A stretch of DNA of 64,000 bases from Spirochaetaceae bacterium (GTDB lineage: Bacteria; Spirochaetota; Spirochaetia; DSM-2461): positions 2,784,001 through 2,848,000 of the forward strand of contig OZ245056.1 in assembly GCA_965224705.1 (NCBI GenBank), written 5' to 3'. The notes below the pieces were generated by a model that was not told the DNA's origin, ran no database searches, and saw nothing but the letters and a program-made list of their open reading frames with translations. Numbering within the stretch: position 1 is the stretch's first letter; each line of letters begins with the position of its first letter. The translations under genes were made by a program, and so were the position numbers. Shown here in pieces: positions 51,456 to 60,868 of the stretch.

Positions 51456-51538
51456 CTGGTTGGGCGCTGACAGAAAAGAGAACCAGGAAGAACTCCCCAC
51501 AACTCCCTCTTTCGGCTGCCCCAAAGGCTCTTTTTTGC

Positions 51539-51567
51539 TTTACGCATTACCTCATTTGGATTATAAT
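51539..51567 (+). promoter_or_regulatory. Sigma70-type promoter for the lipoprotein operon
   Basis: TTTACG, 17-bp spacer, TATAAT; AAGGAG at 51594. Confidence 0.55.
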
Positions 51568-51604
51568 CAAGTAAGCAATGGATAGCTTTTAGTAAGGAGA
51601 ATGA

Positions 51605-54145
51605 GTGACGATGAAACGTATTCAAACGATGGCTGTTTTCCTCGGCTTACTGATGGTTGGAATCTCGTCGTTTATCGGCTGTATACAGCCCCAGGCAGAG
51701 ATACCTGCCCTAAGCTGGCCGGAAGGACGCGAACCAGTCGTTATTCCCGGTATTGGTGAGTTCCAACTGCAAGCCGGACAGCCGGAAGGAGATGCCACTC
51801 TGCTTCTCTATTACTATGGATTGGCAGCAACGCCGAAACCCGAACCAGAGGCGAACTCTGAGGTAGACTGGGAGAACTGGACCCGGCTGGTAGAGCCGGG
51901 GGTTTACTCGGCCGAGGCCGGTTCATACAATCTCTATGCCGTGGCAAGCGATGCGTATGGCAATGCCGCGCGGTCCGAAAGCATTCCCTTCGTGGTGAAG
52001 TCGATTCCAACGTGGACGACTCTCCCCGGTGTAGACAACTCTGAACCCAACCAGTTTTCCCTAACGTCACCTGGAAGCGCCGTGGGAACGCCGCAGCCGA
52101 CACTGAAGTATTACTACGCGTCAGCCGGTACTTCGCCGCCGGACGCCGATGGAGACTGGAATGATTTTACTGCGATCTCTGCCGGTGCCGTTGTGGCTGG
52201 ACTGCCGGGAGGAGATTACGACCTGTACGGCCTTGCGGTGGGCGGAGCATCCAGCGCGAAATCCGACAAGGTGAGCTTCACCGTGAATGGAGCCCCCGAA
52301 TGGAGCAGCCCGCCGACCGTGGATACCTCCAGGAACGGCCAGTTCATTGTGAATCCTGGTGTGGTTCTGGGCGGACCTGCCCCAACGGTAATTTATTACT
52401 ATGCTCCTGCCGGAACATCAGCTCCTGCCGCAGATAGTGGAATCTGGACGGGTTTCACGGAAGTTGTCATAGATGATGCAATCATCGTAACGGCCGGCGA
52501 CTATATTCTGTATGGAACGGCGGATAATACCAACGGCACCGATAACACGGTTCGAACTGCGGAGATTGCTTTCACGGTGAAGGCGGCCACTCTTAATACG
52601 CCGCCATCTCCGGGAGTCGATATCACCACAGCAGGAGAGTTCACGGTAACGGCGGTTACCGCCACAGGTGAGCCGGCCCCGGAATTGAAGTATTACTATG
52701 CGGCGGCTGGCACCTCCGTGCCGACCGATGATGAATGGAAGGATTTCACCGACATCACCACAAAAGTGGAGGCTGGTGAAGCCATAATAACCGGGGACAC
52801 CAGCGATACCGATTACGATCTCTACGCCGTCGCGGACAACAATGCCGGCAGCAAGAACTCGCCAGTTAGCACCTTCACGGTGACCGCTGCGATTTTGCCG
52901 ACCTGGGACACCCTCCCGACAGTCACCAGTGATACTCGCAATGAGTTTACTATTGCGGCAGGCGCCTCATCCGGAACCCCAACGCCGACAGTGAAGTACT
53001 ACTATGGAGATAGTGGCCAGGCGGCTTTGGCTTCCGCTGAGGAATGGGAGGCCAGCTACTACTTTGAAGAAGTCATCCCCGGCGAGGTGAAGACAGTACG
53101 CGATGGCGACTACGATCTCTATGGCGTGGCGGTGAACAACGCCGGCACCGGGGTATCCAATGTGGTCGGGTTCCAGGTGGAGGCATCGATAGAATGGGAT
53201 TCCGCTCCTGTCGCTGCCGTAACCCTTCAGCAAGCCGTGAGTCCCGTTGAGTGGAAAATTGAGGTGACCGATTCAATGGCGCGGAACACGGTCGGAGCAA
53301 CGATGAAATTCTATTACGGTCTTCATACCGCCGCGCCGCCCGCGGACGCGGGGGGCGATTGGGGCGGTGCCGGTTTTACCGAAGTCACCGACACGAGCGC
53401 CATACTGGCGGGGGGAGTCACTTTGACTGCCCCCCCTTCCGGGAGTTATCATCTCTACGGTACGGCAGAGAACAGTTATGGGAGCGTTATTTCCCCACCG
53501 AGATCGTTTTGGATAGAGGAACCGGAAGAGCCCTCATGGACAAGCCGTCACAGCGTGACGGTTCCAGCCATTACCGACACGAATAGTTTCCGGCTTTCTC
53601 CGGCAGTGGCCGATGGTTTCCCAACTCCAACGGTAACCTACTACTATGGAACACATGTGGCTTCTCCGAACTGGCCGACCGACTGGACAGATAACGGATA
53701 TGAAGAAATCGAACCCAATGAGGATGTCCACGTGTTCCCCGGCGACTATGATGTTGTCGCTGTGGCGGTGAACGATCTGGGTACCAAAATCGCCAATGAA
53801 GAGATAACGGTAACAGGCGGAAGTATCGTGAGCCTGATAACGGCGCCAACCGTTGACAGCAGTAGTACAGCGGGTCGTTTTACCATCACTGCCCCCTCGA
53901 AGACGAACAGCAGTGATGGGAATGTCGAGTTAGCCTACTACTACATCCATAGCGACGATGCGCCGCCGAATGACATAACGTCCTGGACATACTTTGACCC
54001 TTTAGACTGGGCTGAGCGCAATTTTAACTCCGCCGAGTTTAATATTGCGAAAACCGTGTCTCCAGGGACTTACCATCTGTACGGCGTGGCAAGAGGCGGG
54101 GGGGCCGTCAAAGTGTCGCGCAAGGTAGACTTCACGGTCAATTAA
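51605..54145 (+). CDS. Lipoprotein of eight tandem ~100-aa Ig-like modules
   Basis: FIGC lipobox; eight copies of W..P.V....F....G.P.P...YYY......W......G.Y.LY..A.N..G....F.V. Confidence 0.85.
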   Translation: MTMKRIQTMAVFLGLLMVGISSFIGCIQPQAEIPALSWPEGREPVVIPGIGEFQLQAGQPEGDATLLLYYYGLAATPKPEPEANSEVDWENWTRLVEPGVYSAEAGSYNLYAVASDAYGNAARSESIPFVVKSIPTWTTLPGVDNSEPNQFSLTSPGSAVGTPQPTLKYYYASAGTSPPDADGDWNDFTAISAGAVVAGLPGGDYDLYGLAVGGASSAKSDKVSFTVNGAPEWSSPPTVDTSRNGQFIVNPGVVLGGPAPTVIYYYAPAGTSAPAADSGIWTGFTEVVIDDAIIVTAGDYILYGTADNTNGTDNTVRTAEIAFTVKAATLNTPPSPGVDITTAGEFTVTAVTATGEPAPELKYYYAAAGTSVPTDDEWKDFTDITTKVEAGEAIITGDTSDTDYDLYAVADNNAGSKNSPVSTFTVTAAILPTWDTLPTVTSDTRNEFTIAAGASSGTPTPTVKYYYGDSGQAALASAEEWEASYYFEEVIPGEVKTVRDGDYDLYGVAVNNAGTGVSNVVGFQVEASIEWDSAPVAAVTLQQAVSPVEWKIEVTDSMARNTVGATMKFYYGLHTAAPPADAGGDWGGAGFTEVTDTSAILAGGVTLTAPPSGSYHLYGTAENSYGSVISPPRSFWIEEPEEPSWTSRHSVTVPAITDTNSFRLSPAVADGFPTPTVTYYYGTHVASPNWPTDWTDNGYEEIEPNEDVHVFPGDYDVVAVAVNDLGTKIANEEITVTGGSIVSLITAPTVDSSSTAGRFTITAPSKTNSSDGNVELAYYYIHSDDAPPNDITSWTYFDPLDWAERNFNSAEFNIAKTVSPGTYHLYGVARGGGAVKVSRKVDFTVN

Positions 54146-54150
54146 AGGAG

Positions 54151-56274
54151 ATGGACATGAAACGGCATCATCAGGCTTTCTTCATGCTCGCGCTGGTTTT
54201 GTATCTGGCGGGCTGCATCCAGCCGAATGGCGGCGATGAGGATGATCCGCCCTCGGAAACACCGGCGTCAGTGTGGAGCATCATGCCCCAGGCGGCAACT
54301 GATGTTAAAGGGCAGTTTACCCTCACGGAGGGTTCCGCGACGGAAAACCCAACGCTGAAATACTACTATGCCTTATCCGGCACGGCTTTACCGGCAGACA
54401 ATCTTCATGCCAGTTGGCTGGCGGCATCCTGGGCTCAGGTGGAGGATGTTCAAATACCGGTGCGCTATCTGGCCGCTGGAGAATACACGGTTTATGGAGT
54501 GGCGGCCAGCGGTCAGCATCGAACAAGAAGTGACGCAGCGACGGTTCAGGTAGAGGGAGCCATAGAGCCCCTCGTCTGGCACCAGAACCCGCAGGTTGAC
54601 GCTGATGAACAAGGCACGGTCAGAATAGATTCCAACGCCGAGGCCGTGAACGCCATCAATGAGAACACAGGAACACCCACAACCTATGCCGACCCCCTCC
54701 CCGACTATCGGTTTTACTATGCCAGGTACACCAGAGTTGAGGAAACCGGAGCGGAAATCAAACCAGTTCCGCCATCAGTTCCAACGGCCGGCGGCGATGA
54801 GAACTGGCAAAGTTCCGGCTGGACTGAGATAGCCGCGGCATCGGCCAAGACCCTGTCTTTTGGAAAATACGCGTTTTACGGTGTGGCTTCAAACAATGGA
54901 GGAAGCCTGAGATATGAATTCACCGATGTTGCGCTGGGAGGTATACCGGACTGGCCGGATGCTCCCCAGGTGGAGACCGGAGAGGAAGGCTCATTCACAT
55001 TGACAGGCTATGGCACTCCCGGCGGTTACCCCGCGGCGTCTCTTGATGATGCGGTTTATTACTACGGGGACGGCACTTTAACCCCGCCGGATGAGGAAGA
55101 ACAAGCTCAGCCGGAGAAATGGGCCGACAGGGGCTGGGAAATCGTTAAGCTAAACGAGCCTAAAACTGACATCACACCCGCCGCGAGAGACTACCAGCTC
55201 TATGGTGCGGCCGCGAATTCACTGGGAGTCGGCATAAAGAAAGTGGAGTTCACCGTGAACGGCCTGGCAGAATTTAAGAATGTCCCGGACAGATATTTTG
55301 ACAGTCTTCTCTATGCGACTCCGATCTCCTCCGATGGGGTACCATTCTATGTTCCTGAAGTTACCGGCGGGCGAACCGGCGAGTTGTTTTACAATCTGTA
55401 CGGTTATCTATACAGGAAGGATAACGACATTAACGTTATAGGAGGTCTCCGTATGCCGGAAAGCGACTCCGAATCTTTCAGAACATTCCAGGGTGCTGGG
55501 CCGGTAGATTACTATACTTCGCCGACCCATACAGGGTTCACTCCAATATACTTTGACGGGGAATTCTACCTTTTGGGGGGGATCTTCGACAATCAGCATC
55601 GGGACACGGTATCGAAGGTGGATGGATTTTTCTATAATTTGACTTGGAGTTACTCTAAACCCTACTGGGCTTTACCTGGTGGTTCCATTGAAATTGAAGA
55701 GATTCCTGACAGTCCCGGCTGGCTTCGTGGGCGATGGCCGGCAAGGGCTCATGCTTCCGCGGTAGCGCATGAGGGGGCTCTTTACCTGTTCGCGGGCGAG
55801 GGTGCCGATGGCGTTTTTTTCAACGATGTATGGAAGTCGGAGAGTGAAGGCCGAAACTGGGAGAAAGTCGCCGCGGCACCCTGGGCCCCCCGCAGCAAGG
55901 CCGGTACCGTGTCTTTCAACGGAAGAATATGGATTGCGGGCGGAGTGGGGGCTGACGATACCTACTTCGACGATGTGTACTCTTCCAGCGATGGTGAGAG
56001 CTGGACGAAGGAGCCGGAGTCAGGGGAGAAATGGGGCGGCCGCTCCCAACATTCCATGTTTGTTTTTCAGGACAGGTTATGGGTGACGGGGGGCCGCAAC
56101 GGCGATACAGTTTTATCGGATCTCTGGTACTCCTTCAACGGCAGGGAGTGGACTAAGTTCGGGAATTATCCCTATGTTTTATCCCACCCCGTGGCCCATT
56201 CCCTGGGGGATCGCATCTCCATCAAAGACATGGAAAAGATGACGGCGATTGAGGCCGAGTGGATAAATGAATGA
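54151..56274 (+). CDS. Lipoprotein: three Ig-like modules plus Kelch-type beta-propeller
   Basis: LAGC lipobox; same YYY module; C-terminal WPAR..AV....LYLFAG...FNDVWKS and GRIWIAGG repeats. Confidence 0.85.
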   Translation: MDMKRHHQAFFMLALVLYLAGCIQPNGGDEDDPPSETPASVWSIMPQAATDVKGQFTLTEGSATENPTLKYYYALSGTALPADNLHASWLAASWAQVEDVQIPVRYLAAGEYTVYGVAASGQHRTRSDAATVQVEGAIEPLVWHQNPQVDADEQGTVRIDSNAEAVNAINENTGTPTTYADPLPDYRFYYARYTRVEETGAEIKPVPPSVPTAGGDENWQSSGWTEIAAASAKTLSFGKYAFYGVASNNGGSLRYEFTDVALGGIPDWPDAPQVETGEEGSFTLTGYGTPGGYPAASLDDAVYYYGDGTLTPPDEEEQAQPEKWADRGWEIVKLNEPKTDITPAARDYQLYGAAANSLGVGIKKVEFTVNGLAEFKNVPDRYFDSLLYATPISSDGVPFYVPEVTGGRTGELFYNLYGYLYRKDNDINVIGGLRMPESDSESFRTFQGAGPVDYYTSPTHTGFTPIYFDGEFYLLGGIFDNQHRDTVSKVDGFFYNLTWSYSKPYWALPGGSIEIEEIPDSPGWLRGRWPARAHASAVAHEGALYLFAGEGADGVFFNDVWKSESEGRNWEKVAAAPWAPRSKAGTVSFNGRIWIAGGVGADDTYFDDVYSSSDGESWTKEPESGEKWGGRSQHSMFVFQDRLWVTGGRNGDTVLSDLWYSFNGREWTKFGNYPYVLSHPVAHSLGDRISIKDMEKMTAIEAEWINE

Positions 56275-58547
56275 TGGTTGGAGTGATGAAAATGAAAGCG
56301 AACACAACTATATGGATGATGCTGGCTATGCTGCCCCTTATGGCGATGGCCTGTATAAAAAATGCTCCTCCCCCGGTGTATGGCTTGTATCCCCCTACCT
56401 GGAGCCAGAGTCCCAATCTCGATGTTTCCGTGCTGGGAGAGTTCACAGTTGTACCGGGCGTGGTGAGCGCCAGTCCAGTAGCGTCGGTGTCCTATTATTA
56501 TGCTCCGGCGGAAACCAGGGCGCCGACGGAAAATGGAAAATCCGCATGGACGGCTGCCGACTGGACCCTCATCGAAGACATCGCCAAGCCGGTACAAGGG
56601 TTGGATGGCACACATCTGCTTTACGGAGTGGCCGTCAACACTCAGGGCACAGCCCGCAGCCCCCTCGCTCAGGCGGCTGTTATCACCGCCATTCCGCCAA
56701 GCGGCTGGAGTCGGCAGCCCCAGGTGGATTCCTCCGGAGTGGCGGGTAAATTCACCATCGTGGCCGGAGAGGCCATCGGCGGCGATCCGCCGCCAGAGTA
56801 CCACTATTACTATTCCAGGGCGGATCTCAATCGGAAACTGCCGGAAGCGGGGGAGAACCAGAAGGAGGATTGGCTGTATGAAGGGTGGACTTACACCGGC
56901 ACGTCAGAGGGGTTAACGGGAATCGAGGCTCAAGCATATAAGTATATCCTGTATGCTGTGGCGATAAACAATTCCTCCACAGGGATAAGAAGTGACGGGA
57001 TAACCTTTGAGGTGGACGGATTCGCTCCCGAATGGATTACGGAACCTCGGTTTATCCCCATCTCTTCCTCCCAATTCGGCCGTTTCACAATTGAACCCGG
57101 CAGCGCATCGGGTAACCCACCCCCAACGGTGAGGTATTATGTAATGAAGAGAGGCGAAACTCCGCCGCAAAGCGGCGACAATACCCACTCAGACTGGCTC
57201 GCCAGGAACCCGGCCTATTATTATGACAGCGGCAATATGAGTTCTGGTCAGGAATTCAGTATAACACCGGGATTCTATGAGGTCTACGCCGTGGCATCCA
57301 ACAAACATGAACCGCCCAGAAGAAGTGGCTCTATGGAACTGTTATTGCCGTATCTTAATGATAAAGTGTCGGTAATACAGGAGGCTCTTCCTCAAGAATG
57401 GAAGACTCGTGGTAAAGGTACGGATACTTTCGGAGCGGCAATCACCCTGGAAAATGGCCATGTCGTCTTAACAGGGGGCGACTTCGCACACAGCTATGTG
57501 TCCACGAACGGAGGAAAAACATGGGTGAAGCAAAGTTCAGAGTCGGGATTGGAAAATAGAGATTTCGGCACTCTGGTGGAGCATGATGGTGCAGTCTATT
57601 ATCTTGGCGGGAAGGATGAAGATGATGTCAATGGTGACTATCTTAGCGAGGTGTATGAGTCCACCGACGGTGGGATAACTTTTGACAAACTCCATGATGC
57701 GCCATGGCCGGGGCGGCAGTCTTCTACCGTCCTTTCCTATGATGGCAAGGTCTGGGTAATGGGAGGACATGGCGCGATCAGCGAGATCGCTTCTCATAGA
57801 ACTACCGAAAAAATGGGTATGCCTGATGTCTGGTATACGGATGACATCGCCGCGGGAGCGGGAGCTTGGAAAGAGGCCCCATCCCCACCCTGGGATGATG
57901 ATCCCGGTGTAGTGGAGGATCCAAATGGGTATGACACTTATGGAGCATACGCCGCTGGCGGGGTGGTGTTTGATGGCAAGATGTACTTCGGTGGGGGGTA
58001 TTCCGGGATTTCCTATAATAAGGGAAAAATCTGGGCAAGTACGGATGGGTTGGATTGGGAAGTTGTGACGACTGTGGCTTACAACACTGCAAGCAATTCT
58101 GGTTATAGAACTTCAATCGCCTCCATGTTTGTCTATCAAGATCGGCTCTTTGTATTTAACTTTGGTGAAGCGACAAAAACGTACTTTCTGGATGGTCAAC
58201 CTGTCGAACTTAACAATACCGGTGTATTGTATTATTTTGATACCACAATTTCAAGACTACAGCCTTATGAAGGCTTAACGCGAACACTGGCGGTTGGGAA
58301 TCTTATAGATATGGGCGATAGTATCGAGTATAAAAATAAAAATTTACTTCTTAATAGATTCTGGCATGCGTTCGGATGGGGCGATGGCCAGCATGGGGGT
58401 GGTATTCGATTTCTCCCATTGAGAATTACTCATTATATTCATGGTACTTCTAGTAGCCCCTCTATAGGTACCGACCGCTACGGTGGTGAAATACCCCTCA
58501 AAGATTACTATATCACCATGGGTATCGAATGGTTCAGTGGACTGTAG
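56271..58547 (+). CDS. Lipoprotein: three Ig-like modules plus Kelch/BNR-type propeller
   Basis: AMAC lipobox; YYY modules; STNGGKTW and STDGGITF (Asp-box-like), VWVMGG and MYFGGG. Confidence 0.85.
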   Translation: MMVGVMKMKANTTIWMMLAMLPLMAMACIKNAPPPVYGLYPPTWSQSPNLDVSVLGEFTVVPGVVSASPVASVSYYYAPAETRAPTENGKSAWTAADWTLIEDIAKPVQGLDGTHLLYGVAVNTQGTARSPLAQAAVITAIPPSGWSRQPQVDSSGVAGKFTIVAGEAIGGDPPPEYHYYYSRADLNRKLPEAGENQKEDWLYEGWTYTGTSEGLTGIEAQAYKYILYAVAINNSSTGIRSDGITFEVDGFAPEWITEPRFIPISSSQFGRFTIEPGSASGNPPPTVRYYVMKRGETPPQSGDNTHSDWLARNPAYYYDSGNMSSGQEFSITPGFYEVYAVASNKHEPPRRSGSMELLLPYLNDKVSVIQEALPQEWKTRGKGTDTFGAAITLENGHVVLTGGDFAHSYVSTNGGKTWVKQSSESGLENRDFGTLVEHDGAVYYLGGKDEDDVNGDYLSEVYESTDGGITFDKLHDAPWPGRQSSTVLSYDGKVWVMGGHGAISEIASHRTTEKMGMPDVWYTDDIAAGAGAWKEAPSPPWDDDPGVVEDPNGYDTYGAYAAGGVVFDGKMYFGGGYSGISYNKGKIWASTDGLDWEVVTTVAYNTASNSGYRTSIASMFVYQDRLFVFNFGEATKTYFLDGQPVELNNTGVLYYFDTTISRLQPYEGLTRTLAVGNLIDMGDSIEYKNKNLLLNRFWHAFGWGDGQHGGGIRFLPLRITHYIHGTSSSPSIGTDRYGGEIPLKDYYITMGIEWFSGL

Positions 58548-58558
58548 GAGCAGATTCT

Positions 58559-60586
58559 ATGAATGCAGCAAAAGATGGAGTCCTGAAAAAATATAAGCAG
58601 CATTTCAAATCGGCAGGAGCCCTGAGCCTCGGCCTATTCATCCTGTGGGTACTGACGGGATGCCCCGGCTCTCCCAGCCCCCCAGTGATAACAGCGCCTA
58701 TCTGGAATCGTGCGCCGGAGATTTCCAGCGCAGCGAAGGGTCAGTTCACGGTTAAAGCAGGCGAGGCCGTCGGCACGGCCCCACTGGTGCTGAGTTATTA
58801 CTGGGCGGGACCGGGAGTGGAGCCGCCGCCTCTTGGCGGGCAGGCCGCCCCCATGTCTGACTGGACTGATGCGGGATGGATTAAGCTTGAAAGCTTTGAT
58901 GAACCGATTACCGAATTGAAAATCGGCGGCCAGTACACAGTGTACGGGGTGGCGAAAAACAGCGGAGGATTCAAGCGAACCTCCGCCTCGACAACGGTTG
59001 GTGAACCGGTCGGACCGAAAGACTGGAGTAAGGAACCGGCCATCGATCAAACCGCCTTGAGCCACGGGCAGCTTCTGATAACAGCGGGGGCAGTTCAGGG
59101 AGACGGGGGGGCGGCGTTGGATCCGGCGGCGGACATCCGTTACTACTATGCGGCGGTTGGCACCAATCTTCCCGATAAAGATCGGGATGCCGACTGGACG
59201 GGTGTCGGCTGGATCCCCATTGCCGCCGATGTGGAATTGACGCCTGTTCCGGGTGATTACGCGGTCCATGCCGTGGTGTCCAACAATGGCGGAGCTCTTC
59301 GGCACGATCTTGGTTCCGCGCAAGTGTCAGCCAATAATCCGATGTGGTTAACAATGCCGCAGGTGGAGACCAGCGATCTTCCTGGTGTTTTCACCTTGAC
59401 CGATGGCGGCACTGTGGGGGGAAACCCCTACCCCGATGATCTGAGCTACTATTATGCTGTTGATGACTATCCCCCTACTGGCGACGATATTGCTAATCCT
59501 GACAGTTGGACGAATAGTCCGAAAAAATGGAAGAAAATCGAGGTGGGAGAAACCGCCACCGGCCTTGTTCCCGCCAGCCGTGAGTATAAGCTCTACGGTG
59601 TAGCGAAGAACACTGATGGTGCTGCCGCCGCTTTATCCGGAGAGATCAAATTCCTGGTTAAGGGATTCTCGGGCTGGGATAACGAAAATAGCGATAGTAA
59701 GGAATCACAGCTAAGCGAAGCCGCTATCCTTGGGTACAATGAGGATATTTTGATTCTCGGGGGAGATAAAAGCGGAACATACCAAACGAAAATTTGGCGG
59801 GGGAAATTCCAGAATAGCCGGTGGGAGTGGACATCTCTCGACACAGGGATGACTAAGGGTATTGCCGCTCCTTCAGCCCTGAAAGATGAGGGAGGCAATA
59901 TATACATTATTGGCGGCAAATTCTCAGGAACCGAGTTTTCCGACAAGGTATGGAAAGGAGTACCATCAGGCGATAGCTTTACCTGGACGGAACTGACAGA
60001 TGATGCGAACTGGTCAGAGGGACGATGGACTGCGAGATGGGGCGCCAGTGTCGCCTATCATGATGGCACCATGTATCTCATGGGGGGAACAGATCAAGAC
60101 GGCAACACATACAACGATGTATGGAAATCACTGGATGGCAGGAACTGGACGGAATTGACAAGTGCTGCTGAGTGGTCGATACGCCGTAATTCGGCCGCGG
60201 TATCACACGACGGGAGGCTGTGGATGCTGGGCGGTCTGAAGGGCGGTTCGGCACGAGTCAACGATGTCTGGTACTCGACAGGAAGCGGGGAAGAAGAAGT
60301 GGGCGTAAGCTGGGTACAGGCAACAGAGGAAGCTGAATGGTCCGACAGAGACGAACTGACCGCCGTCTCGTTCAAGAACAGAATCTGGGTAATGGGCGGT
60401 AGAGAATCATCCTCTTCCACTTATCTCGATGTCTGGCATTCAGAAGATGGAATCTCCTGGGAGAAGGCGGAAGATGTCGGCTTATCAGGGTTCAAGAGCA
60501 TCAATGGAGCCGTTGTTTTCGATGACAGTGTGGTTCTACGTGATAACTCGGCCAAGCAAATGGCCGGAGCATCCTGGATTGAGTGA
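58559..60586 (+). CDS. Lipoprotein: three Ig-like modules plus Kelch-type propeller
   Basis: AGGAG before ATG 58559; LTGC lipobox; YY(W/Y) modules; MYLMGG..NDVWKSLDG, LWMLGG and IWVMGG..DVWHSEDG. Confidence 0.85.
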   Translation: MNAAKDGVLKKYKQHFKSAGALSLGLFILWVLTGCPGSPSPPVITAPIWNRAPEISSAAKGQFTVKAGEAVGTAPLVLSYYWAGPGVEPPPLGGQAAPMSDWTDAGWIKLESFDEPITELKIGGQYTVYGVAKNSGGFKRTSASTTVGEPVGPKDWSKEPAIDQTALSHGQLLITAGAVQGDGGAALDPAADIRYYYAAVGTNLPDKDRDADWTGVGWIPIAADVELTPVPGDYAVHAVVSNNGGALRHDLGSAQVSANNPMWLTMPQVETSDLPGVFTLTDGGTVGGNPYPDDLSYYYAVDDYPPTGDDIANPDSWTNSPKKWKKIEVGETATGLVPASREYKLYGVAKNTDGAAAALSGEIKFLVKGFSGWDNENSDSKESQLSEAAILGYNEDILILGGDKSGTYQTKIWRGKFQNSRWEWTSLDTGMTKGIAAPSALKDEGGNIYIIGGKFSGTEFSDKVWKGVPSGDSFTWTELTDDANWSEGRWTARWGASVAYHDGTMYLMGGTDQDGNTYNDVWKSLDGRNWTELTSAAEWSIRRNSAAVSHDGRLWMLGGLKGGSARVNDVWYSTGSGEEEVGVSWVQATEEAEWSDRDELTAVSFKNRIWVMGGRESSSSTYLDVWHSEDGISWEKAEDVGLSGFKSINGAVVFDDSVVLRDNSAKQMAGASWIE

Positions 60587-60695
60587 AGGCAGCAGGACGG
60601 AGGTCCATCCTGGCCGTAAAGCCGCCTTATATAGTGCCGCGAAGATTGTGAAACCCGAAATTCCTGTGTTTCTTGAAGTCTTCTAAGCGGTCCAG

Positions 60696-60856
60696 GAGTC
60701 TGCCGGACTTTAAGGATTCGAGGCGATTTTTGATGATTTTTGTCCGATACAAGGCGGCAAAAGCGGAGCGTAGCTGGGCTCCGTGAGCATTTTGACAACT
60801 CGGTAGCGGGAAAAAAGGTCAAAAATCGAACCGTGAGACGTAAATCCGACAGCCTC
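60696..60856 (+). mobile_element. MITE copy D (161 bp)
   Basis: GAGTCTGCCGGACTT...AAATCCGACAGCCTC; body nearly identical to copy C. Confidence 0.85.
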
Positions 60857-60868
60857 CTCGCATGTTCT

